Shown here piece by piece: positions 19,928 through 29,900 of a stretch of 64,000 nt of DNA (within the stretch, counting starts at the first letter, position 1; each line of letters opens with the position of its first letter). Where the stretch lies: assembly GCA_964535655.1 (NCBI GenBank), contig CAZHTP010000004.1, positions 75,108 through 139,107 of the forward strand. Reading direction: 5' to 3'. Origin of the DNA: an uncultured Gammaproteobacteria bacterium. GTDB lineage: Bacteria; Patescibacteriota; Microgenomatia; JALYQM01. Position numbers and translations under genes: made by a program. The notes beneath the pieces are model-generated. The model was not told the DNA's origin. It searched no databases and saw nothing but the letters and a program-made list of their open reading frames with translations.

Positions 19928-21718
19928 ATGTATACACTTTCCGTTTTGTTTATCTCTTTTATGGTTGGTTTTTTTGTAACCGACACTTTTGTTCGACGTT
20001 TATTTGAAAAAATGCACGAGAGAATTCGTGAATATAATTATACTTATACTGGGTTACTGGTAGTGTTTTTGGGAGCAGTTTTACAAATTTTATCTTTGGC
20101 TCAAGGTATTGTTATCTCAAGCGGCTTCTATCTATTTTCGTACGGATTGGGAGCTGGAATTGTTATTCACCATATTTTGTATAAAGGGTTCTTGCTTTCA
20201 CAGGATCGGGAGATTTCGACAGCTCAGCGCTATCATAAACAGATTAATCGTGGTTTAGAAATCTTGCCTGGGCTGCTTACTTACTTAGTGCTACTTTCGC
20301 CAGTACTTTTGGCCTTGCGGTTGCCTTTGGTTCTCATCTACCTAGTAATTATTGCGGATGTTTATTGGTTCTTTAAAGCAATGAGAATTGCTCTTTTTGT
20401 GATTGTTGGTTATCGCAAAATGCGTAATGCTGAGAAAACTGATTGGCTAAAAAAGCTTGAGAATGATTATCCAGAAGATTTAAAACGTATTTATCATGTG
20501 TTTGCGGTTCCTACTTATAAAGAAAGCCTGGAAGTGCTTGAGCCGCTATTTAAAGCAATCGTAAATGCAAATTATCCTAAAGATCATTTGTTTATTGCTT
20601 TAGGCCTTGAAGAAAAGGATACCGAAATTGGGCCTAGAAATGCGGAATATCTAAAGGAAAAGTATGGTAATGCGGTTACTATTTTTACTTCGGTGAATCG
20701 TTTGCAGGAAGGTGAATTACAAGGGCCTGCTACTAATCGAAATTGCGCACTTCGCAATGCAAAGGCTGAATTTGATAAACGAGGAATTCCACTTAAAGAT
20801 ATTTTAGTTACCACTCTTGATGCTGATTTTGTTATCCATCCCGAATTTATTGGTGGAGCTACGTATACCTATCTTTCTCAGCCAGTTGGAGAGCGGGACA
20901 AGCGTTCGTTTACGGGGGCATTTTTGTATAACAATAATTACTGGACAACTCCTGCGCCTATGCGTGTTATGGCTGTATCGACAGCTTTTTGGCAACTTTC
21001 GGAGATGGCGTTTAGTGATAAGTATGTGAACTTTGCTTCCTTAACCATGAATTTTCAGTCGTTGTGGGAGCTTGGGCTTTGGATGCCTGACAAAGTGAAT
21101 GATGATTCGGGATTTTATTGGAAAGCGTATTACCATTTTGATGGTGATTATCGTGTAATCCCGCACTTTTTACCATTGTCTGCTGATGCTGTTCAAGATG
21201 TGACTTTTGTTAAGACACTGCAGAACCAATATTTGCAGTATCGCAGGTGGGCGTATGGGGTAGAGCATATCCCCTATATTATTACGAGTTATTTTAAGAA
21301 TAAGAATGTGCCGTTTATTGATAAGACAGGAAAATTAATTTTTGTGCTATGGTCATACGGCTCGTGGGCGACGCTTGCTTTACTCGTGTCTTTTGGTGGT
21401 ATGGTAATTCCAATCTTTAATCCGACATTTGACAAGACAACGGCCTCGCAAAATCTACCAATTTTTTCTTCTTATATATTAACGTTTACTTTTATAAGTC
21501 TTTTCCTAACCATTTTTATGCACGAAAAGATTGTTCCGCCACGGCCAAAAACAATGAGATGGTATGGCCGGGTATTCTCATTCGCACAGTGGCTATTGGT
21601 ACCGATCATTATTTTGACGTTTGGAACGATCCCGGCATTGGATGCTCAGACTCGCTTGATGCTTGGTCAATATATGAAATTTAGGGTAACGAATAAAGCT
21701 CGAGCAGGAAAAATATAA
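19928..21718 (+). CDS. Membrane-embedded processive family-2 glycosyltransferase (cellulose/chitin/hyaluronan-synthase-like)
   Basis: N- and C-terminal TM bundles flank a cytoplasmic GT-A domain. DAD (TLDADFV) and the processive-synthase QxxRW motif (QNQYLQYRRWAYG) are present. 596 aa. Confidence 0.6.
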   Translation: MYTLSVLFISFMVGFFVTDTFVRRLFEKMHERIREYNYTYTGLLVVFLGAVLQILSLAQGIVISSGFYLFSYGLGAGIVIHHILYKGFLLSQDREISTAQRYHKQINRGLEILPGLLTYLVLLSPVLLALRLPLVLIYLVIIADVYWFFKAMRIALFVIVGYRKMRNAEKTDWLKKLENDYPEDLKRIYHVFAVPTYKESLEVLEPLFKAIVNANYPKDHLFIALGLEEKDTEIGPRNAEYLKEKYGNAVTIFTSVNRLQEGELQGPATNRNCALRNAKAEFDKRGIPLKDILVTTLDADFVIHPEFIGGATYTYLSQPVGERDKRSFTGAFLYNNNYWTTPAPMRVMAVSTAFWQLSEMAFSDKYVNFASLTMNFQSLWELGLWMPDKVNDDSGFYWKAYYHFDGDYRVIPHFLPLSADAVQDVTFVKTLQNQYLQYRRWAYGVEHIPYIITSYFKNKNVPFIDKTGKLIFVLWSYGSWATLALLVSFGGMVIPIFNPTFDKTTASQNLPIFSSYILTFTFISLFLTIFMHEKIVPPRPKTMRWYGRVFSFAQWLLVPIIILTFGTIPALDAQTRLMLGQYMKFRVTNKARAGKI

Positions 21719-21720
21719 TT

Positions 21721-22446
21721 ATGAATATTGTTTCTCACGATACGCAATTAAAAGTGCAGGAAGCTTTAGTTCATGATTTTGTAACATATATTGCTCAGTA
21801 TAAGAAAAATAAGCTACTATTTTTCTATTCCGGCGGCTCTGTTCTTGAGTTATTTCCATTACTGTATGATTTCCTATTTAAAGAGAATATAACTAAACTT
21901 AACGCCTGGTTTGTTCCGATTGACGAGCGGTTTGATGTATCCGCCAGCAATTTTAAAGCGTTTGCTGCTTTGGAGTGTTTTCGGGGGTTTGAAAGTATGG
22001 GGGTACGTTTTTTAGATGTTTTGTCACATGGGCATTTGCTTGAGGATAGTGCGTATTGGTTTAGCGAGTGGGTGCGGGTTGAAACGGATCAGGTGCATAT
22101 TGCTGATGGTAAAGTTATTTCACTATTTGGAATGGGTGCAGATGGCCATATGGCAGGAATATTTCCTTTTCCTGAAAATGAAGCATTTTTTAATGGTGAA
22201 TTTATTGAAACTTCTCGATTTGCCGTAGGATATGATGTAGGAGAGAAGAATCCGTATACTGAACGAATTACAACGACCTTACCTGCTTTTAAAACAATGG
22301 ATAGAAGTTTTGCCTATGTTTTAGGTGTTAATAAAAAGAGCGCTTTAGAGCGTGTTTTATCTCAGGAGGGTAGCTATTCAGAAACTCCTGCTCGTATATG
22401 GAGAGAATTGTCTGAACACGGTATTTATACCGATATTTCTCTTTAA
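21721..22446 (+). CDS. pgl: 6-phosphogluconolactonase / glucosamine-6-P isomerase family protein
   Basis: YSGGSV (SGGS box), VPIDERF (DER box) and FGMGADGHMAGIFP (GxGxDGHxAS box) match the Pgl/NagB family. 241 aa. 2 nt after the GT2 gene. Confidence 0.55.
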   Translation: MNIVSHDTQLKVQEALVHDFVTYIAQYKKNKLLFFYSGGSVLELFPLLYDFLFKENITKLNAWFVPIDERFDVSASNFKAFAALECFRGFESMGVRFLDVLSHGHLLEDSAYWFSEWVRVETDQVHIADGKVISLFGMGADGHMAGIFPFPENEAFFNGEFIETSRFAVGYDVGEKNPYTERITTTLPAFKTMDRSFAYVLGVNKKSALERVLSQEGSYSETPARIWRELSEHGIYTDISL

Positions 22447-22447
22447 T

Positions 22448-22741
22448 TTACTTTGGATCGTTGCGAGTGTCACGAGCGCTGAATGCAGGGATGACATCAC
22501 TTAAGGGGATTTTATTTCCTGCACGCGAAGCACTTACTAAACCACGGAATGTTGATTGTACTTGATCAGGAAGTAACTGAGGGTAATTAGGTAACTTAAC
22601 GGCTGAACCGATTGTACCTATAACTACGTTTGAGTCTAATAGCGTTTTATTTTTAAACGCTTCTTGGACTTCGGCGGAAATTATTGGAACGTTATTGAAG
22701 AGGAGTGGCATTGGGTGAGGAGCCGATTTCAAATTCGACAT
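22448..22741 (-). CDS. Hypothetical protein / downstream portion of the frameshifted lipoprotein
   Basis: 97-aa ORF in a different frame. It overlaps the preceding ORF by 50 nt on the same strand. Confidence 0.3.
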   Translation of the reverse strand: MSNLKSAPHPMPLLFNNVPIISAEVQEAFKNKTLLDSNVVIGTIGSAVKLPNYPQLLPDQVQSTFRGLVSASRAGNKIPLSDVIPAFSARDTRNDPK

Positions 22742-23075
22742 CGGCAGTAGTTGCCCTTATTGCTAATCTTTGTTGGTTATCTAATTCTATTAGACCAAAT
22801 AGTATTTTGTGATTGGGGTCTATTTCTGGAGTTGATGTGGCAGCCGGAGTTTTCTCAAGTGGAATTGCTGTGGTGTCAAACAGCCCACGCCTTGGAGTGG
22901 CTGTTGGTTGCTCCTCTCTTGCTACAACTGTGCTATACGTGTCCATATTTATTGGACTTCCACAAGCGGTTAAAGATAAACCGAATAAGAGAATTCTGCC
23001 AGTATGTCGTATCCTTTGCCAATTGGGACTGGTTGTCCTATTTTTTTTAGTGGGCTTTTGCCGTTCAACATTCAT
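22692..23075 (-). CDS. Putative lipoprotein (N-terminal part; may be frameshift-fused with 22448-22741)
   Basis: Start at Met14 of the track ORF (MNVERQKPTKKNRTT…ILLFGLSLTACGS): signal peptide plus lipobox LTAC. Thr/Pro-rich linker follows. Confidence 0.4.
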   Translation of the reverse strand: MNVERQKPTKKNRTTSPNWQRIRHTGRILLFGLSLTACGSPINMDTYSTVVAREEQPTATPRRGLFDTTAIPLEKTPAATSTPEIDPNHKILFGLIELDNQQRLAIRATTADVEFEIGSSPNATPLQ

Positions 23076-23094
23076 GCTGCGTGCATTGTACCAC

Positions 23095-25176
23095 TTAAAG
23101 AAGAATTCGTGCATCTAAGGCGATTATCCCGTTTTCTGTGACGGAGAGAGGATTTATGTCGATCTCCTGGATTTCAGGGTAGGACAAGGCGAGGTTGGCT
23201 ATACTTAAAATGGCTTGTACTATTGGCTCGGAGTTTAGGACTTCTTTACCGCGGTACCCATTTAGAATTTGAAAAACCTTGGTTTCTTCAAGCATTGCTT
23301 GTGCTTGACTTTTGGTGATTGGGGCTATGCGCGCTGCTGTGTCGCTGTAGAGCTCGGCATAAGTTCCACCTGTTCCTACAACAATTACTGGGCCAAAAGT
23401 AGGATCGCGCTTCATGCCAAGCAATACTTCGATGCCAACAGGCATTTGTTTTTGAATATAGATAGAATTGTTCGGAGAAGGATTTTTTTTAATTAGCCCT
23501 GCGAGTTGCGTGTAGCTTTCCTTTATTTGAGCCTCATCTCTCAGATTCAAATATACGGCGTGTTGTTCAGTTTTGTGTACAATTTTTTCTGAGGATACTT
23601 TCATAACCACCGGAGTTCCCATTGCTATTGCTTTTTGAACTGCATCGTGAGCAGATGTAACAACCTCACTCCTAGGAAAAGTAATGGCGGTTCGCTTAAA
23701 AATTTGTTCAACTTCATCTTGTGATAGTGTGCTTCGGTTTTCATTTTGAACTTTTTTCAGAATTGTTAGCTGATGAGCATCGGGTAAATGGGTAATGTTT
23801 TGTAGCGGAGGTAATAACTTTAATTGTAACTTCTTTTGAGAGAATTCCCACATTCGTGATAATACATAGACTGCCTGTTCGGGGAAGGTATAACACGGGA
23901 TATTATTTTGAGTAAGGGTATTTGTCGCTTCTGCTACGAGTGTTCCCCCTAGAAAAGCTGCGAGAATTGGCTTGTTCGTTTGCTTAACATGCTTCACTAT
24001 ACTTTGCGCGGTTAGTTCAATTTCTGTTGACGATTGAGGAGTTACTATAACTATACAGGCATCGACGGTATCTTCATTTATTACTGTGTGTAATGCGTGA
24101 TCGTAACGATCTACTTTTGCGTCGCCAATGAGATCGATAGGATCATGGATATTGGCTTCGCGAGGTAGATGTTTACTTAATTCTTGCTGTGTTTTTTCGG
24201 AGATTGGCGCAAGTTGTAGCCCGCTAGTTTCAAGTGCATCGGTGGTAATTATTCCTGGTCCCCCTGCGTTCGTGATTACCGCGATCTGGTTTCCTTTAAG
24301 CTCAGGTAAATTGGAGAAAGCTTTTATCAGGTCAAATAATTCATTAGTAGTGTTAACGCGTAAAATTCCAGTTTGTTTTGTTGCAATAGTAAGTACCTTA
24401 TCTGATCCGGTTAATGATCCGGTGTGTGACTTTACTGCAAGGGCGGCTTTTTCACTTTTCCCTGGCTTTAATAATACTACTGGTACCTTTTGGGTAATAT
24501 TCTGAGCAAGAGACATGAAATTCCTCCCATCAGATATTTCCTCTAAATAGAGCGCTATTACTTTTACTTTTTCAGGTATCTTTTGAAGAAAATGATCTTC
24601 AGTAATTATGGCTTTGTTGCCGAGCGAGATGAACTGACTGAAACCGATATGATGGTTCGATGCCCAGTCGATGGCTGCTGTTCCGAATGCGCCCGACTGG
24701 GACAGGAATAGTATATTTCCGTTGGCTGGCATTTCTGCTGCAAATGATGCATTTAAATTTTTTCCAGGGATGATAATTCCTAAACAATTGGGTCCAAGAG
24801 CTGGAATTTTTGCACTAATTAATTTCTGTTTAATACGTTCTTCCAGAGCTTTACCTTCCAAACCACTTTCTTTAAAACCTGAGGTTATGATGATAATAGA
24901 GCCGACATTTTTTTGAATACTTTCATCGATGACAGATTCAACAAGTTGTTGCGGAATAGCTATAATTGCCAGGTCGATTTTATCTGCATACTCCGTGATT
25001 GAGGCTAAGGATTGATGTCCCTGAATAATTTCTTTTTTAGGATTGACCGGAATAACTGTTCCAGGGTAATTGCTTTTGAGCAAATTTGAAAGTATTTGTG
25101 CGCCAATTTTGTTCGGGTCACGTGATGCTCCAATTATTGCGATAGATTTTGGTTCAAGAAGGGGCAAGAGATCCAT
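23095..25176 (-). CDS. Acetyl-CoA synthetase (ADP-forming), fused alpha/beta (NDP-forming acyl-CoA synthetase)
   Basis: N-terminal CoA-binding Rossmann (KSIAIIGASRDPNKIGAQIL), succinyl-CoA-synthetase-like flavodoxin domain, C-terminal ATP-grasp. 693 aa. Confidence 0.8.
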   Translation of the reverse strand: MDLLPLLEPKSIAIIGASRDPNKIGAQILSNLLKSNYPGTVIPVNPKKEIIQGHQSLASITEYADKIDLAIIAIPQQLVESVIDESIQKNVGSIIIITSGFKESGLEGKALEERIKQKLISAKIPALGPNCLGIIIPGKNLNASFAAEMPANGNILFLSQSGAFGTAAIDWASNHHIGFSQFISLGNKAIITEDHFLQKIPEKVKVIALYLEEISDGRNFMSLAQNITQKVPVVLLKPGKSEKAALAVKSHTGSLTGSDKVLTIATKQTGILRVNTTNELFDLIKAFSNLPELKGNQIAVITNAGGPGIITTDALETSGLQLAPISEKTQQELSKHLPREANIHDPIDLIGDAKVDRYDHALHTVINEDTVDACIVIVTPQSSTEIELTAQSIVKHVKQTNKPILAAFLGGTLVAEATNTLTQNNIPCYTFPEQAVYVLSRMWEFSQKKLQLKLLPPLQNITHLPDAHQLTILKKVQNENRSTLSQDEVEQIFKRTAITFPRSEVVTSAHDAVQKAIAMGTPVVMKVSSEKIVHKTEQHAVYLNLRDEAQIKESYTQLAGLIKKNPSPNNSIYIQKQMPVGIEVLLGMKRDPTFGPVIVVGTGGTYAELYSDTAARIAPITKSQAQAMLEETKVFQILNGYRGKEVLNSEPIVQAILSIANLALSYPEIQEIDINPLSVTENGIIALDARILL

Positions 25177-25224
25177 GGTTTTAGTATAGAATGAATCCAG
25201 TTTTTTTGATAGACTAGCTTTGCT

Positions 25225-25695
25225 ATGGCTGACTTGTTAATCCGCAAAATTGAAGAAAGAGATGTCGATGTAGTTGGACGATTGTGGTATCAGTTAAGCT
25301 TATATCATGAGAATTTTGCTCGCTATTATGAAGTTCGGCGGGATACAGAAGCGATTCTTGGTAACCATGTGCGCGATTTAATGCATCGTAACTGCATTTT
25401 TTTTGTTGCTGAGGCCGGTGGGCGGGTAGTGGGGTTTGTAAGTGGATACATTGTAATGCGTAACCCACAACTTGTAGTAGATCGAGTTGGAAAAGTTGAT
25501 AATATCTTTGTTGATGACGAATTTCGTGGTAAGGGGATTGGGACACAGTTATTGGAACAATTATTTGCTTATATAAAATCCCAAAATGTTGTGTATATAG
25601 AATTAAGTTGTGATTTTGCTAATGACCGAGCATTGGAGCTTTATAAAAGACTTGGGTTTAAAGAACAGAAAGTATTAATGGTGAGAGAAGGGTAG
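25225..25695 (+). CDS. GNAT family N-acetyltransferase
   Basis: Acetyl-CoA-binding motif A VDDEFRGKGIGTQLLE. 156 aa. Confidence 0.7.
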   Translation: MADLLIRKIEERDVDVVGRLWYQLSLYHENFARYYEVRRDTEAILGNHVRDLMHRNCIFFVAEAGGRVVGFVSGYIVMRNPQLVVDRVGKVDNIFVDDEFRGKGIGTQLLEQLFAYIKSQNVVYIELSCDFANDRALELYKRLGFKEQKVLMVREG

Positions 25696-25696
25696 T

Positions 25697-26332
25697 ATGC
25701 GAGTATATTTTGTCAGACATGGTGAAACAGCAGCTGGATCTACAGGGAATCACCAGAGGTCGGATGATCGCTTAAGTGCACTTGGACATGAGCAGGCAGA
25801 ATTTCTTGCTCAGAGACTTTCTGAAGTTGTAATTGACGCAATTTTTTGCAGCCCTTATGTTCGTGCTGTTGAAACGGCGACACATATTTCTACGGTAGTT
25901 CATCAACATATAGTATATTCTAAAGAGTTGGTTGAAATTAAGCTACCGACCGAAATTGAGGGTAAGAAGCATGATGATGTTGATATTAAAGCAATTCGAA
26001 AACAAATACGAGATCACTTTGGCGATGATGAATGGCATTATTCTGACGAAGAAAATTTTTTTGATTTAAAGTCGAGAGCCGCTCGTTTTATTCAAGAGCT
26101 TAACTCACTTGAAAAAGAAAATGTCCTTGTTGTGACTCATGGTGGGTTTATGGTTTTTATTTTAATGTACATGAAATTCGGTGAATCTTTGACAGCGGAT
26201 TTGTTTAAACAAATGCAATCATTTATGCACTCCAATAATACTGGTATTACGTTACTTGATAACAGTTATGACGGTAATTGGTGGCTTATATCGTGGAATG
26301 ATCATGGGCATCTGGGATATTTTTATAAATAA
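25697..26332 (+). CDS. Histidine phosphatase (phosphoglycerate-mutase superfamily)
   Basis: N-terminal RHGET motif (VRHGETAAG) and the second catalytic His in VVTHGGFM. 211 aa. Confidence 0.7.
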   Translation: MRVYFVRHGETAAGSTGNHQRSDDRLSALGHEQAEFLAQRLSEVVIDAIFCSPYVRAVETATHISTVVHQHIVYSKELVEIKLPTEIEGKKHDDVDIKAIRKQIRDHFGDDEWHYSDEENFFDLKSRAARFIQELNSLEKENVLVVTHGGFMVFILMYMKFGESLTADLFKQMQSFMHSNNTGITLLDNSYDGNWWLISWNDHGHLGYFYK

Positions 26333-26334
26333 CT

Positions 26335-26880
26335 ATGGCAACTTTTGAAACCGAAACTAAAATCTTGGATGTAAATTGGGATGAAATGGTTGAGGTATTG
26401 AAGCAAATTGGAGCTTCACATGTGTCTGATCGTGAATTTGCGGTTGATTGGTACCGCCCAAAAGGCGAAAAACTTGGTGAAGAGAACTGGTATTTACGAA
26501 CAAGAAGCTGGAAAGATGGAGAAGCAGAGGTTACCTGGAAAGGCAAACGGGAGGTCTTTTCTAATTCACGGCGTCATGAAGAGATCAATACTGGAATTAC
26601 TGATGCTTTGCAAATGGGAAAACTATTTGAAATGATTGGACTTGAGCATTATGCACATCAAGAAAAAAAGAGATCATCATGGACTTTTAACGAATGGAAA
26701 TTTGATTTAGATCAGTATCCCGGGATGCCTGCCTATTTAGAGATTGAAGGCAAAGGTGATGAGCATATTATGGATGCAGTTGCATTACTCCGTTTAGAAG
26801 AACATGAGCGCTGTTTTGACGGTGAGCGCGTTTTAATAATGGACAAATATAATTTGGATTGGCTGGATATGCGATTTTAA
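26335..26880 (+). CDS. CYTH-domain protein (triphosphate tunnel metalloenzyme / class IV adenylate-cyclase-like)
   Basis: N-terminal ExExK (ETETK); RxR…TxKxK (LRTRSWKDGEAEVTWKGK); late acidic ExE (YLEIEGKGDE). These are the defining CYTH motifs. Confidence 0.65.
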   Translation: MATFETETKILDVNWDEMVEVLKQIGASHVSDREFAVDWYRPKGEKLGEENWYLRTRSWKDGEAEVTWKGKREVFSNSRRHEEINTGITDALQMGKLFEMIGLEHYAHQEKKRSSWTFNEWKFDLDQYPGMPAYLEIEGKGDEHIMDAVALLRLEEHERCFDGERVLIMDKYNLDWLDMRF

Positions 26881-26903
26881 TTCTTCGTGTTATTATACCT
26901 TCG

Positions 26904-29900
26904 ATGTCTTCGTTTGATACACTTTATTCAAAATTAAATGAGCGCCAGCGAGAAGCGGTTGATCATATTGATGGCCCAATGATGGTTTTAGCTGGTGCTG
27001 GTACTGGAAAAACGCAAGTTCTGGCGATGCGAATTGGAAACCTGATGCGTATGACTGGAGTAGGCGCTGGAAATATTTTGTGCCTTACGTTTACTGATGC
27101 TGGTGTTACCGCTATGCGTGAACGTTTAATACGAATACTTGGTAGTGATGGACATGCGGCTAAAGTGGCTACTTTTCATTCATTCTCAAGTGAAGTGATG
27201 TCTGATTATCCAGAAAAATTTATTAAATCAGCGGAATTGTTACAAATAACGGATTTAGAGCGAGTTCAAATGCTTACAACAATTCTTGAAAACTTGCCCT
27301 ATGGAGATCCTTTAAAGCATGCAAACAATCCTGTTTTATATCTTAACGATATTTCCTCGCGGATAAGTGAGTTGAAGCGTGAAGGAGTGAACCCTGATCG
27401 ACTTGATCATTTTATCTACGAGCAGCTCTTATTTGTAGAGCGGACAAAAGAATTATTTGAGTCTATGACGAGTACCAATGCTGGCCAATTCTCGGAGAGT
27501 TTTCTTGATGATATTCATAACGGACTTATGGAGATAGGTAAAACAGTAGACGGTAGTGATTACTTGTACCGTAGTGCCGGGCTTTTGCTAATACGTGCCC
27601 GTGAACTTGCTTCACTGAACCCTACAAAAACTGGCAAGGTAAGTTATTCGAAATTGAAGGAAGAGATGAAGCGATTTTATGCTCAAGTGTCAGGAAAAAT
27701 TGAGCATCAGAAATCTTTGAACATTGTGTATCGTCAGTATTTGAAAGTGATGGAAGAAAACGGTCGATATGATTTTGAAGATATGATTAATAATGTTTTA
27801 AGCTTGCTTGTTTCGGAAGAGAATATGCGGCGGGATTTTCAGGAGAGATACCAGTATGTGCTGGTTGATGAGTACCAGGATACTAATACTGCACAAAATA
27901 GACTGGTTGATGTATTTGGCGCGGACGTTGATTCTCCAAATATTTTTGTAGTAGGGGATGATGATCAATCCATTTTTCGTTTTCAGGGAGCTTCGTTGGA
28001 AAATGTCGTAGGTTTTACCAATCAGTATCGTGATTCTGTGAAGGTGGTTTCGTTAACTCAGAACTATCGTAGTCAGCCAGGGATATTAAAAGGTGCTGAT
28101 TTATTAATTCAAAATAATCAGTTCCGGGCGGCAGTTGCTATTGCCAATGTTACTAAAGAATTACAGGCAGGACTTGACTTATCTGAAAAACCGATACGCG
28201 TAGTATCTTTTGCGGATTCGGGATCAGAGTATTATTGGATTGCCCGACAGATACGAGAACTGCTTGATCATGGGGTGGAACCGGCAGAGATTGCGGTGCT
28301 TGGTAAAACGAACAACGATTTGCTTGAACTTGTACCATTTGTGAAGAAACTAGAGATTCCGTTTACGTTATCCCGTAGTGAGAATGCTTTTGAAAATGTT
28401 ATTGTAAATCAATTTTTGAGACTAATTTTAGCAATTCGGAACCCATATGATAATCAAAATTTCTTCTTTTTGCTTGAGTCTGCGGCAGGAGGAATTCCTC
28501 CAATCGAATTTTTACGCATAAATAAATATGTGCTTTCCCATCCACGCGCTGGAATTATGTATTTTGATTTGTTGGGCGAGATGAAGACGTTACTTGAAGC
28601 AGGAGTTATCGATACCATTTCTTGCACAGCTTTATACCAAAATATTGTACGCTGGCGTGAACTTATTGGACTATTGGCTCCAATTGAAGTGATAAGTGAT
28701 ATTGTTTCTACTTCGGGAATACTTGAGCAGTGTAGTGTTAGTGGAGAAAATGAACTGGAGAATCTACGAGCTTTGGGTACGTTAGTTGCTGAATTTGGGA
28801 AGGCAATTCAATCGAATCGTACGGCAAGTTTTGACCAGTTAGTGCAGCTTGCGGTTGATATGCTGGGACATAATTTACCCCTCACCCTAAGTGGTCGAGG
28901 TAGTGTTTCGGATCGAGTTTGTTTAACAACGGTTCACAAGTCTAAAGGTCTTGAGTATGGTCATGTTTTTATGATGAACTCAATTGAGCGAAAATGGGAG
29001 AAGGGAGGGCGAGGAGATCGATTGCCTCTTCCTTTGAATTTATTTGAAAATGATTTAGGTGTGGCGGCCCGACAACAGGAAGAAGAGGCGCGGCGTTTAT
29101 TCTATGTTGCGGTTACTCGTGCTAAGCATGAACTAGTGATTTCTTATTCTAATACTGATCGTGATGGGAAGAAACAACTCCCGACGCAATTTATTACTGA
29201 GCTTGGCGAGGATGGAATCGCCCAAGAGATGGTAACCCTTGATGCGAAACAAGATAAAGATTGTTTGATTACACAAATAACTGGCTTAAAACGGCCTGAA
29301 TCATATGACACCGAAACGCGAGGCTATATGCGCGAACGATTACAGGATTATTCCTTGAGCGCTTCACACCTTAATGCGTATCGCAAGTGTCCACGAATGT
29401 TTTATTACCAATATTTTATACGGGCGCCTATTATTCCAGATACAGCGCTTGTAGTTGGTACAGCTGCACATAAAGCCGTAGAGGCACTGTTTGAAAGTAA
29501 CTTGCATGGTGAAGTGATAACTGCCGATGAGATGGTTGAGATTTATAAAAAAACGCTTGAGCGAAGTTTTCTTACGGGGTCCAAGTTTTCTGATGCACTC
29601 AAGCGGGGAGAGATTTTTTTACCAAAATATTATGCTTACCGAGTTAATAATTTGCCAAAGAAAGTAAAAATAGAAACCGACTTTAGTTACCATACTATTT
29701 CGCTTGAGGGAATTCGCTTAACCGGAAAGATTGACATGATTGAATTCACTGATGATGTCTCGAGGCGATGTGTCGTTTATGATTTTAAAACAGGAGACTC
29801 AACTAAAGGATCAAAACGAGTTGCCTTTGATGAAGATATTTGGCGTCAGGTAGTGTTTTATAAGTTGCTTACAAAATTGTCGCGTCGGTTTGGATTTACC

